Shown here one piece after another: positions 1 through 8,470 of a stretch of DNA of 47,640 nucleotides. This stretch comes from Gammaproteobacteria bacterium (GTDB lineage: Bacteria; Pseudomonadota; Gammaproteobacteria; SZUA-152). A program made the translations under genes and the position numbers. The notes below the pieces were generated by a model, which was not told the origin of the DNA, ran no database searches, and worked only from the letters and a program-made list of their open reading frames with translations. The stretch lies in the NCBI GenBank assembly GCA_022340845.1, contig JAJDNG010000136.1:1-47640 (forward strand), read 5' to 3'. Numbering within the stretch: the first letter of the stretch is position 1; each line of letters begins with the position of its first letter.

Positions 1-1148
1 CCGATAATAATGGTCAATACCGGCTCAATTGCGGCACTTAAACGCTCCAATTCGTATTCCACTTCCGAGTCGTAATATTCAGCCACCTCCTGCAGCAGTT
101 CCTCCATGGAGCCGGTTTGTTCCCCCACGCTCATCATTTGCAACACCAAATGATCGAACATGCCGGTGGCGGCCGCCGTGTTGGAGATGCTCTCGCCCCG
201 CTCGATGCCGGTTTGCATGCTCAACACCCGGGCTTCCACGTATTTATTGTCCAACGCCCGCGCCACCACGGTCAGCGCCGTAATCAGAGGCACCCCGGAA
301 CGCGTGGACATGGAGAACAACCGCGCGAAGCGCGCCATGGTGGAACGGTGGATCAAGTCGCCGACCACAGGCAGTTGGAGTTTGCGCTTATCCCACAAAT
401 AACGGCCTCTCTCAGTGCCAATGTAATACCGCAGCCAGATGACGCCACCGATAAACGCCGCCAACAGTTCCGGCCAGTGGTTCACCGTAAACGTCGATGT
501 GGTCATGAGAATATTGGTGGCCCAGGGTAAATCGGCGTTGTATTTGGCAAACACCTTGGAGAACGCCGGAATCACAAATAAATTAATGATCACCAACGCG
601 ACGCTGATGGCTGCCAGCACAAACATGGGGTAGCGCACGGCAGACTTGATTTGATCGCGGGTTTTTTTGTCCCGCTCCATGTATTTGGCCAGCTGCAAAA
701 AAATGGCGTCCAGATTACCGGAGGTCTCGCCAATACGAATCATGCTGACATAGAACATATTAAACACCTCAGAATGCTCGTTCATAGAGGTGGCCAAATC
801 CCTTCCGGACTCCAGACTGATGGAGACGTTCTTTATGGTCGCTTTGAGGGTTTCGTTTTTGGTGATTTCCGCCAGCCCGGAAAACGCCGTTAAAATCGGC
901 ACGCCCGCTTTTAACAAGCTGTGCATTTGGCGGCTGAATTGAATGAGATCACCGCTTTGCACTTTGGCTGGGAACAGTTTTTCGAACTGAATCGCATTGT
1001 CCACCGGCTTGGCAGTTGGCTCTATATTCACCGGCGTTAACCCGTTTTCGATCAACTGCGATGCCACGACATCGGAGCTTGCCGCCTCGATCACGCCTTG
1101 TACCGCGTCGCCGGTGTGAGCTCTTGCCTTATATTGAAATAGCGCCAT
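1..1148 (-). CDS. mshG: Type IV pilus/T2SS inner-membrane platform protein, GspF/PilC family (MshG-like); 3' end lies outside the window
   Basis: Not in the ORF track because no stop lies in the window. The minus-strand ATG at 1148 opens a frame I could read without stops to position 1: MALFQYKARAHTGDAVQGVIEAASSDVVASQLIENGLTPVNIE...FSRQMHSLLKAGVPIL...FARLFSMSTRSGVPLITAL... It has two GspF-type repeats plus hydrophobic segments and lies directly downstream of the MshE-like ATPase. Confidence 0.85.
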   Translation of the reverse strand, partial: MALFQYKARAHTGDAVQGVIEAASSDVVASQLIENGLTPVNIEPTAKPVDNAIQFEKLFPAKVQSGDLIQFSRQMHSLLKAGVPILTAFSGLAEITKNETLKATIKNVSISLESGRDLATSMNEHSEVFNMFYVSMIRIGETSGNLDAIFLQLAKYMERDKKTRDQIKSAVRYPMFVLAAISVALVIINLFVIPAFSKVFAKYNADLPWATNILMTTSTFTVNHWPELLAAFIGGVIWLRYYIGTERGRYLWDKRKLQLPVVGDLIHRSTMARFARLFSMSTRSGVPLITALTVVARALDNKYVEARVLSMQTGIERGESISNTAAATGMFDHLVLQMMSVGEQTGSMEELLQEVAEYYDSEVEYELERLSAAIEPVLTIII

Positions 1149-1150
1149 AA

Positions 1151-1195
1151 GTATGTTCGAAATAGGTATGTACGAAATAGGTATCTTCGAAAAAA
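1151..1195. repeat. Three tandem 15-bp repeats filling most of the mshE-mshG spacer
   Basis: GTATGTTCGAAATAG (1151-1165), GTATGTACGAAATAG (1166-1180), GTATCTTCGAAAAAA (1181-1195). The array starts 3 nt from the mshG ATG. Confidence 0.9.
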
Positions 1196-1211
1196 TTAGT
1201 CCAATATAGAA

Positions 1212-2909
1212 TTATTCGATCCAGCCGCTGATGCGAATCACTTCGGCCAGACTGGTTTCCCCCCGCTGCGCCAACGCGAGCGCGCTAAACACCAGCGGCT
1301 GGTAATCCGGTTTCTCCAGGGCGATGTTTTTAAACTCCGCATAATCCCTGCGCCTCAGCGCATCCGCCAGTGTGTCGTTCAGCTCCAACAGTTCGTGTAC
1401 CGCGACGCGCCCCCGGTAACCGGTATAGTTGCAGGCACCACAGCCGGCGCCGCGTTTTAAGCGAATGGCTTGCGCTTTTTCGCCCAACACATTGTTCAGC
1501 CAGACTTGTTCGCCGGCATCGGGGTTGTGATCGGTGAGGCATTTTTCGCAGATTTTGCGTACCAGGCGCTGCGACAATATGGCGTGTACGGCGGTGGCCA
1601 CCATATAACTTTCCAGCCCCATATCGATCAGGCGGGTGGCCGTGCTGATGGCATCGTTGGTGTGCAGCGTGGACAACACCAAGTGGCCGGTAATCGAGGC
1701 CCGTAGTGCAATCTCGGCGGTTTCTTTGTCGCGGATCTCACCGACCAGTATGACATCGGGGTCTTGCCGCAATGTGGTACGTAGCACACGAGCAAAATCC
1801 AGCCCGACTTTGGTATTGACCTGTACTTGATTGATTCTGGGCAACTGGTATTCCACCGGGTCTTCCACGGTAATGATTTTGCGTTCGGGTTTATTCAATT
1901 CGTTGAGGGCGGCGTACAAGGTGGTGGTTTTACCGCTACCCGTTGGCCCGGTCACCAACAGCAAGCCGTGAGGCTTAAAGATCGCTTTGCGGACGCGCTC
2001 CTCCATGTCGGCTTGCATGCCGATTCTGTCCAGGCGCAATATCGCCCCGGAATGATCCAGCAACCGCATTACCACGGCTTCCCCGTAAACCACGGGCATA
2101 GTGGACAAACGCACGTCTATGGCTTTGTTTTTTAACTTGAGATTGAACCGCCCGTCCTGCGGCAGACGCCGTTCCGAGATATCCAGACCCGCCATCAGTT
2201 TCAAGCGGGATACCAGTGCCGCGGCAATGCGTTTTTCATCCATCACTTGTTCATGCAATACGCCGTCGATACGCCGGCGAATACGTAGCACATTTTCATC
2301 CGGCTCGATATGAATATCCGAAGCGTTGGCTTTCACGGCATCTTCAAACACCGTTTCAATCAGTTTGACCACCGGCGCATCGCTTTGCGCGGCGGACTGG
2401 TTCAAGGTGCTTAAATCGAAAACATTATCCGCGAGTTCATCACCCAACTCCGACGCCAGGGATTTGATTTCATCCTCGCGCTGGTAGACTTTATCGATGC
2501 CTTGCAGCAAGTCGCTTTCTTTAACCACCGCCAGTGAAATCGGCCGCTTCAACACTTTGACCACTTCGTCGTAGGCAAAAATGTTCGTGGGGTCCGCCAT
2601 GCCCACCAAGACACCGTTGCTTTTTTCTTCCAACGCCAGTACCCGATAGCGTCGCGCTAAAGTCTCGGGGATCATCTTGGAAATTTCCGGCTGGAACTGG
2701 TAGGTGTTGAGATCGACAAACGGCAAATTCAGTTGCGAGGAAAGCAGGTTCAGCAAGGTGTCTTCCTTGACATAACCATTTTCAATGAGCACTCGGCCCA
2801 GCTTGCGGCCGGACTTTTTTTGTTCCTCCAGGGCCGCCTGCAGCTGGCCTTCGGAAATCAGTTTGTGCTCTACCAGCAGATCGCCTAAGCGTAGTCTTTT
2901 TTGTGCCAT
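1212..2909 (-). CDS. mshE: Type IV pilus assembly ATPase, GspE/PilB family, with an N-terminal MshEN-type c-di-GMP-binding module (MshE-like)
   Basis: 565-aa ORF with ATG at 2909. Walker A GPTGSGKTT and a C-terminal tetracysteine CEKC...CGAC. The N-terminus reads RLGDLLVEHKLISEGQLQAALEEQ-KKSGR-KLGRVLIENGYVKEDTLLNLLSSQ. Confidence 0.9.
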   Translation of the reverse strand: MAQKRLRLGDLLVEHKLISEGQLQAALEEQKKSGRKLGRVLIENGYVKEDTLLNLLSSQLNLPFVDLNTYQFQPEISKMIPETLARRYRVLALEEKSNGVLVGMADPTNIFAYDEVVKVLKRPISLAVVKESDLLQGIDKVYQREDEIKSLASELGDELADNVFDLSTLNQSAAQSDAPVVKLIETVFEDAVKANASDIHIEPDENVLRIRRRIDGVLHEQVMDEKRIAAALVSRLKLMAGLDISERRLPQDGRFNLKLKNKAIDVRLSTMPVVYGEAVVMRLLDHSGAILRLDRIGMQADMEERVRKAIFKPHGLLLVTGPTGSGKTTTLYAALNELNKPERKIITVEDPVEYQLPRINQVQVNTKVGLDFARVLRTTLRQDPDVILVGEIRDKETAEIALRASITGHLVLSTLHTNDAISTATRLIDMGLESYMVATAVHAILSQRLVRKICEKCLTDHNPDAGEQVWLNNVLGEKAQAIRLKRGAGCGACNYTGYRGRVAVHELLELNDTLADALRRRDYAEFKNIALEKPDYQPLVFSALALAQRGETSLAEVIRISGWIE

Positions 2910-3026
2910 GACTTTGTCTTCATCACCTGTGATTGCCGCTCAAAATTACTCACTATCCACTATCGGCAATGGGGCTGGAAAATTTAACCGTCAGAACCGC
3001 TGGAAAACGCTTTCTCTGACTATGCC

Positions 3027-4844
3027 TTATTCTGCGAGCGAGGTGGGCGCGGGGGTCTGCGGTGGCTGAGTTTCAGTAGCGGTGGGCGCATTTCGATAGC
3101 CGGTCAGCCGGTCGAACTGACTGCGGGTGAAATCCATGTATTCATCCCATACCTCATCATCATCCACAATGATGGGCCTGAGCAGGATGACCAGTTCGCT
3201 TTTGATGCTGACCTGTTTGCGGTGGCGGAATAAGCCACCCACTATGGGTACCTGGCTGAGATACGGCACACCGGCTTCGTTGTCTTGCACCACGGTTTGC
3301 ATCAAGCCACCGATGACGACTACTTGGCCACTATGGGCGCGGATGATGCTGTCGGATTCGCGTATGGTGCTTAGCGCTAACGGTATTTTTAACAAGCCAT
3401 CATCGCCACTACTCACCTGGATCTGTTTGGTTTTTTCCTTTACTTCGCTCACCGATGGATGAATGTGTAATGTCACTTCGCCGCTGGCGTTGATTTGCGG
3501 TATGACATCCAGCGCCACCCCGGAGAAAAACGGTGTCAACTCCACGTTGATGGAAGTGTTGAAATTGTTGTTCGCTTGCGTTGTGTCGGTTTCTATGCCG
3601 GTGACAAAAAACTCGTCCGTACCCACTTTAATGACCGCTTTTTGATTGTTCACCGTCGAGACTCTGGGACTGGACAACACGTGCACATCGCCTTGTTTTT
3701 CCAGAGCCTCGATGAATGCGGTAAAATCATTGGTGGCAATGGCCATGGTCAAGACGCCGCCAAAGGCAGACGTTGCCAGCCCTTCCGCCCCGGACAGATT
3801 CGCCAGGTCAATGGGAGTCCCGGCAATTTCACTGACTTCATTGCCGCTAAACACACTGCCGCCGCCCACCTGGCCAATGTTTGCCGCGTTGGAGCCGCTG
3901 CGCACAAACGCCGCCCAATTGATGCCGGCCTGGAAACCGTCACTCAATTCCACTTCCACAATCTTGGCTTCCAGAATCACCTGCCGTTGTATGGTTCCTT
4001 GAATGGTATTGAGATAATCTTCCACGTAGCGCAGCTCCGTGGGCATGGCCCGCACGACAATGATGCCGGTATCCGAATTGACCACCACACTGCGCCCGTC
4101 TTGCTCGCCGACAATGGTTTGCAACGTGGTCAGCAAATCCTGCCAGAAGTCGGATACCGAACGGGTATTGACCTCGCTGCCGGACAACGATTGACCGGGT
4201 TTGTTTTTCTGGCCGTCTTGCCGATTTGCGGTATTGTTGTTGCCCTTGGATTTTTTGTCGGTCAGTTGCCCGGAACTGACCCGCACCTGAGATTCACCGC
4301 TGCGTTTCACATTGAGATAATCCACTTTGAACAACCGGGTTTGCATGGACGAGGCCAGGACTTCGTAACCGATGGCGGTGCGTCGATATTCATAGCCGTA
4401 CACACTACGTAGCGCCTGCAACACATCCTCTACCGTCACCGCTTTCAAACTTAAGGAAATGGAGCCTTGTACCGAAGGGTGCACAATCATATTCAGCCGC
4501 GTGCCGTTCACCAGGCTCATCAATACTTCGCGTACCGGGCCGTTTTCCACGGCAAGATCAAAGCGTGGTTGCGCCGGCGTTTTTTGCGCCTTTTGGTGTA
4601 GTGCGGATTGCGGTGCGGGATGCACTTCAGTGGACGGCAACCGCGTGGACGGCAGTGCTTGCGGTGGTTTGTGCCGGTGGCGCTGGGTATCGGGTTTGCT
4701 AAATCCGCTGTTAAGCGCAGCATGAACTTCATCCGCCGAACTGGCCGCAGTTGACTTGTCTTCAGTTGTGGCGCAACCAGCGCTTAACATGGCTGCTGTA
4801 ATTCCTACAATTAGTATGACTTGTATCTTTACTGAGCGTCGCAT
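3027..4844 (-). CDS. mshL: Pilus secretin, MshL-like outer-membrane lipoprotein
   Basis: ORF 3027-4847 (GTG at 4847, ATG at 4844). Lipoprotein signal ...ITAAMLSAGC. C-terminal secretin domain (VLSSPRVSTVNNQKAVIKVGTDEFF, IRESDSIIRAHSGQVVVIGGL, VPYLSQVPIVGGLFRH). Its start shares one base with the mshK stop (TGATG). Confidence 0.85.
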   Translation of the reverse strand: MRRSVKIQVILIVGITAAMLSAGCATTEDKSTAASSADEVHAALNSGFSKPDTQRHRHKPPQALPSTRLPSTEVHPAPQSALHQKAQKTPAQPRFDLAVENGPVREVLMSLVNGTRLNMIVHPSVQGSISLSLKAVTVEDVLQALRSVYGYEYRRTAIGYEVLASSMQTRLFKVDYLNVKRSGESQVRVSSGQLTDKKSKGNNNTANRQDGQKNKPGQSLSGSEVNTRSVSDFWQDLLTTLQTIVGEQDGRSVVVNSDTGIIVVRAMPTELRYVEDYLNTIQGTIQRQVILEAKIVEVELSDGFQAGINWAAFVRSGSNAANIGQVGGGSVFSGNEVSEIAGTPIDLANLSGAEGLATSAFGGVLTMAIATNDFTAFIEALEKQGDVHVLSSPRVSTVNNQKAVIKVGTDEFFVTGIETDTTQANNNFNTSINVELTPFFSGVALDVIPQINASGEVTLHIHPSVSEVKEKTKQIQVSSGDDGLLKIPLALSTIRESDSIIRAHSGQVVVIGGLMQTVVQDNEAGVPYLSQVPIVGGLFRHRKQVSIKSELVILLRPIIVDDDEVWDEYMDFTRSQFDRLTGYRNAPTATETQPPQTPAPTSLAE

Positions 4845-5287
4845 CACGGCTGGTCCTTCAATCCTTGGGGTTGTCCGTTGACCACAGTGCTATTCATCTC
4901 CGAATCCGTGATAACAGAACGTGTATATTGTGAAGACGGCAAGCGCACCACAATCTCGTGCCGCGCTTTGCTGAGTGTCACCTCAGCGGCATTGATTGTG
5001 GTAACCGTCGCATCGCCGGATTTCCCCGCCTTCACGGCATCGCCGATGGTGACGACTTGATTGTTAATGACTGCCACTTTTCTTTGCTCGGATACTAAAA
5101 TCGAGGTCACTTGGTAGTCTTGTGGATTCAGCCTGGGCCGATTATCGACCGGCGCGGGTTTTCGTTGGTTAAAGACCGGTGGTTTGGTGGGATCGAAGGT
5201 TTCCGCCTGTAAGGGCAAACAAAACCAGGCCAGCACAGTGAATAACACTGCCGTTCGCACCGGAATTGTTGGGCTACGGCTAGACAC
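4844..5287 (-). CDS. mshK: Small secreted pilus biogenesis protein (MshK-like)
   Basis: 147-aa ORF sitting between the PilO-like gene and the secretin, as in msh clusters. Signal-peptide-like ...RTAVLFTVLAWFCLPLQA/ETF. Non-ATG start: GTG at 5287, or GTG at 5260, which would give MRTAVLF... Confidence 0.5.
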   Translation of the reverse strand: MSSRSPTIPVRTAVLFTVLAWFCLPLQAETFDPTKPPVFNQRKPAPVDNRPRLNPQDYQVTSILVSEQRKVAVINNQVVTIGDAVKAGKSGDATVTTINAAEVTLSKARHEIVVRLPSSQYTRSVITDSEMNSTVVNGQPQGLKDQP

Positions 5288-6044
5288 TGATCCACCTCTT
5301 ATCCAAGCTCAAGGTATGGATACGCACTAAAATTTGTGCCTTGGGATAGTTCAGCACCTCATACGCCACTTCTTCCCAATAAAACTTCCAGGGCAATTGC
5401 TCCAGCTTTCTTAAGTAACTCAACGTGCTGTTATAGTCGCCCTGGAACACGATTTCCAAACCATGTTTGTACACTTCCGGTAAAGAAGCAGCGCCGTCGG
5501 TAGCAGTTTGTTCCTCGGGCTGAGATTTGGTTTTCGCGCCGGATGAGACCTTTGGCGTTTTCACAGCGCGGCCTTTGCTTGGCGAGATTAATTCAGGCGA
5601 TCTGTGAACCAATGACTGCACCGCCTGGCTCTGCAATCGGGTCAGTTGCAGCCCTTTTTCGGTGGCTAATAAGCCTTTTAATACATCAACCATCTGCCCC
5701 GGCCGGATAAAGCTAACCGCCAGCGCTTTTTGCCGCTGATTTAGCTCACTAATTTCATTTTTGAGTCGCTCGATGTGTTGTATCGCTTGATTTTTCCCGG
5801 TATCGCTCATGCTGGTGCTGGTTATTTGGATGCGTTTGTCTATATCCGCAATCTGGCTGCGCCATTTTTTTACTTGAATCGTCGAGGCTTTTTGCTGGCC
5901 GCGAATTCGCTCCATCAAAACCATATCCCAGCCAATGTACATTACCGCTAAAATAACCCCCAGGAACAACAGCCGCTCGCGTAAAGACAACGCCTCAAAT
6001 CGCTCTGACCACAGTTGCATTTTTTCTTTTAAGGGGCTAATCAT
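5280..6044 (-). CDS. mshJ: PilO-like pilus assembly protein (MshJ-like)
   Basis: 254-aa ORF with ATG at 6044. Single N-terminal TM (LLFLGVILAVMYIGWDMVL) followed by a coiled-coil. Its position between the PilN-like gene and mshK supports the call. Confidence 0.6.
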   Translation of the reverse strand: MISPLKEKMQLWSERFEALSLRERLLFLGVILAVMYIGWDMVLMERIRGQQKASTIQVKKWRSQIADIDKRIQITSTSMSDTGKNQAIQHIERLKNEISELNQRQKALAVSFIRPGQMVDVLKGLLATEKGLQLTRLQSQAVQSLVHRSPELISPSKGRAVKTPKVSSGAKTKSQPEEQTATDGAASLPEVYKHGLEIVFQGDYNSTLSYLRKLEQLPWKFYWEEVAYEVLNYPKAQILVRIHTLSLDKRWISV

Positions 6045-6062
6045 CTGTGCCTGGTTATAGTC

Positions 6063-6680
6063 TTATTTATTCACGCCCGGGACTTGCAGTTCTTTGGATG
6101 ACAGTACAAATTCGATCCACGAACGGCTGGATTCTTCACGAGCCATTTGCAATACGGTAAATTCCAAACCCGCTAACGCAGGTTCTTCGGACAAGCCCTG
6201 CAAAAACAAAGGCAACAATTCAGCCGACAATGCTCCGCCCTTGATTAGCATATGTTCTCCGCCGTCAAATATGCTGAATTTGCTTATCCACATACCCTGC
6301 ACGACACGCCGCGAAAAAATCTCCAGATATTCTGAAAATCCCAATGCTTTGCCCAGCTTGTCTTTGCCCAGCAGGGAAACTATGTACCTTTCGGCGGCAA
6401 GCTCCGCTTCCAGCCGTTGAATTTCTTCTTCCACATCATTGCCATTAGCAAGGTTGGCGGCTTCGCGGCTGATGCGCTCCAGCATGCTAATGCGCTCATC
6501 ATGCTGCTTTTTTAAGCCACTGACTTCTGTCGCCAGTCCGTGGTTACTCCACATGCCATAGCCATACAAAGCGGCCAAGGCGACAATCACAATGCCACTG
6601 ATCTGCACAAGCGCCTCGAACGACAGAACCTTGCGCTCTTTGCGAAAAATAGGTTGAAACAGATTAATCTGCTGGTTCAT
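6063..6680 (-). CDS. mshI: PilN-like fimbrial assembly protein (corresponds to the C-terminal part of MshI)
   Basis: ORF 6063-6692 (GTG at 6692, ATG at 6680). MNQQINLFQPIFRKERKVLSFE + TM (ISGIVIVALAALYGYGMW) + coiled coil is the typical PilN N-terminus. No PilM-like domain is encoded upstream. Confidence 0.6.
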   Translation of the reverse strand: MNQQINLFQPIFRKERKVLSFEALVQISGIVIVALAALYGYGMWSNHGLATEVSGLKKQHDERISMLERISREAANLANGNDVEEEIQRLEAELAAERYIVSLLGKDKLGKALGFSEYLEIFSRRVVQGMWISKFSIFDGGEHMLIKGGALSAELLPLFLQGLSEEPALAGLEFTVLQMAREESSRSWIEFVLSSKELQVPGVNK

Positions 6681-6805
6681 AGCAATGCCCACGCCGTGGC
6701 CTTGAAGTTTGCGGAATTCGCAGTAGAGGAACTGCCGTTTGACAATATAAGGCCGGGCGAATCAATCCAATGTATGGAGCTTTGTTCAATTTTGCACATA
6801 AAAAG

Positions 6806-6821
6806 AGCAAGTTATGTGCCA
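6806..6821 (-). promoter_or_regulatory. Candidate sigma-54 (RpoN) -24/-12 promoter for the msh pilus operon
   Basis: The reverse complement of 6806-6821 reads TGGCAC-ATAAC-TTGCT. This matches TGGCAC-N5-TTGCW with correct GG/GC spacing. It lies about 115-125 nt upstream of the first msh start (6680/6692), in the 243-bp gap after pyrD. Confidence 0.6.
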
Positions 6822-6935
6822 TTGATAAATACGACGGGCAAAACGAGGGGGAAACCAACCGCGTGTTACGCAGTGAGGGCGGCTTTCACCGCCAAACCAT
6901 ACGGCACCACTATCAAGCGAGTTGGTGTTGGGCGG

Positions 6936-7856
6936 TCAATTTACGATAAGTGTACCAACCAGCTGATCCACTTCGGTCAGTTCATGGCGTTGCAAATATT
7001 CCACGATGCCTGCATTGATTTTTGGGCATAGTAATGGATCGTAAAACAGTGCCGTGCCTATACCGACGGCGCTGGCGCCGGCAATCATAAATTCGATGGC
7101 GTCAGTGGCGGTGGTGATGCCACCCTGGCCGATAATGGGAATCCCGTGCGCTTTGCACACTTGATAGACTTGGTGGACTTTCAGCAAGGCGATGGGTTTG
7201 ATGGCAGGGCCGGATAATCCGCCTTGGTTATTACCCAGGATAGGCGTGCGGCTGTCGATGTCTATGGCCATGCCCATCAAGGTATTGATCACCGCGAAAC
7301 CGTCGCTACCGGCCTCGATGCAACGGCGGGCGTTTTCCGCGATATCGGTCTGATTGGGTGAGAGTTTGGTGATTAACGGTTTGCTGGTGGCCGAGCGGCA
7401 AACTTCCACCACCCGGGCGGACATGTCCGGGTCATTGCCGAACGCCACGCCACCCTCTTTGACGTTGGGACAGGAAATATTGATTTCGATAGCGTCGATG
7501 GGCGAGTCATCGAACAAGCGGGTGACTTGTTCATATTCCTCCACCGTGGAACCGGAGACGTTGGCAATAAAGCGGGTTTCCTCAAAATCCAGCGTGGGCA
7601 GTATCTTATCCACGACGTGGCGGGTACCGGGATTCTGTAAACCGATGGCGTTTAACATGCCCATGGGAGTCTCGGCGATGCGATGTGGCTGATTGCCCAG
7701 ACGCGGCTCCAGGGTAGTGCCTTTCAAACACACCGCGCCCACGTCGCGGTTGGAAAATCCTTTTACCCGGGTGTACTCTTCGCCGAATCCCACGCAGCCG
7801 GACAACAACACCAACGGGGTCTCGAAGTCCATGCCGCAGAATTGGGTTTTTAACAT
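6936..7856 (-). CDS. pyrD: Dihydroorotate dehydrogenase, class 1B-type catalytic subunit
   Basis: ORF 6936-7877 (GTG at 7877). The ATG at 7856 gives MLKTQFCGMDFETPLVLLSGC, collinear with Bacillus PyrD [21 protein letters not shown]. Other motifs: MLNAIGLQNPG, catalytic-Cys motif NISCPNVKEGG, GGLSGPAIKPIAL. Confidence 0.85.
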   Translation of the reverse strand: MLKTQFCGMDFETPLVLLSGCVGFGEEYTRVKGFSNRDVGAVCLKGTTLEPRLGNQPHRIAETPMGMLNAIGLQNPGTRHVVDKILPTLDFEETRFIANVSGSTVEEYEQVTRLFDDSPIDAIEINISCPNVKEGGVAFGNDPDMSARVVEVCRSATSKPLITKLSPNQTDIAENARRCIEAGSDGFAVINTLMGMAIDIDSRTPILGNNQGGLSGPAIKPIALLKVHQVYQVCKAHGIPIIGQGGITTATDAIEFMIAGASAVGIGTALFYDPLLCPKINAGIVEYLQRHELTEVDQLVGTLIVN

Positions 7857-7889
7857 TGCGTTGTCTTCTTTATTCACATTGCCATCCTA

Positions 7890-7914
7890 TCACTTGGTCC
7901 TGTCACTTGGTCCT
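7890..7914. repeat. 12-bp direct repeat x2 (13-bp period) upstream of pyrD
   Basis: TCACTTGGTCCT (7890-7901), G, TCACTTGGTCCT (7903-7914). A degenerate third copy follows toward the gene. Confidence 0.85.
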
Positions 7915-7989
7915 ATAACATGAGTGAATGCTGGCTTATTGTAGCCCATCTTTGCCAAAGAGCCTCATAAAAAGCCTCATGACGGGATT

Positions 7990-8454
7990 TCAACCCGGCA
8001 TTTCGAATCCCAGCTGCCGCCAGGCTTCATACACAATAATGGCCACGGCATTGGATAGATTCAAACTGCGGCTGCCGGCCAGCATGGGAATGCGGATGAC
8101 ATGTTCTTGCCCCAGGGTGTCTAATACGCCCTGCGGCAAGCCACGGGTTTCCGGGCCGAATAAAAATACGTCTCCGGACTGATACTCAACTTCGGTGTAG
8201 GATTTACGCCCTTTAGTGGAACAGCCATAAACGCGCTTTGGTTGTATCACCTGCCAACACGCCGCCAGTGAAGCGTGTTGCTGCACATTGGCAAGCTGAT
8301 GATAATCCAATCCCGCGCGCTTGACCTGGCGATCGGACAACTCAAAGCCTAACGGCTCGATGAGATGCAATTGCGCGCCGCAATTGGCGCACAAGCGAAT
8401 GATGTTGCCGGTATTGGGGGGTATTTCCGGCTCGAATAATACGATGTGAAACAT
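7990..8454 (-). CDS. trmL: tRNA (cytidine/uridine-2'-O)-methyltransferase TrmL (SpoU family)
   Basis: 154 aa. [37 protein letters not shown] closely parallels E. coli YibK/TrmL; C-terminal knot motif [17 protein letters not shown]. Confidence 0.85.
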   Translation of the reverse strand: MFHIVLFEPEIPPNTGNIIRLCANCGAQLHLIEPLGFELSDRQVKRAGLDYHQLANVQQHASLAACWQVIQPKRVYGCSTKGRKSYTEVEYQSGDVFLFGPETRGLPQGVLDTLGQEHVIRIPMLAGSRSLNLSNAVAIIVYEAWRQLGFEMPG

Positions 8455-8470
8455 GAAAAGCTCTTAATTA

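Noticed and set aside
3495-4412. 305-aa plus-strand ORF, and other ORFs at 3127-4002, inside the secretin gene
   Set aside because: It lies wholly antisense to or out of frame with a strongly supported MshL-type secretin. The R/G/H-rich composition is typical of shadow ORFs, and I recognise no motifs.
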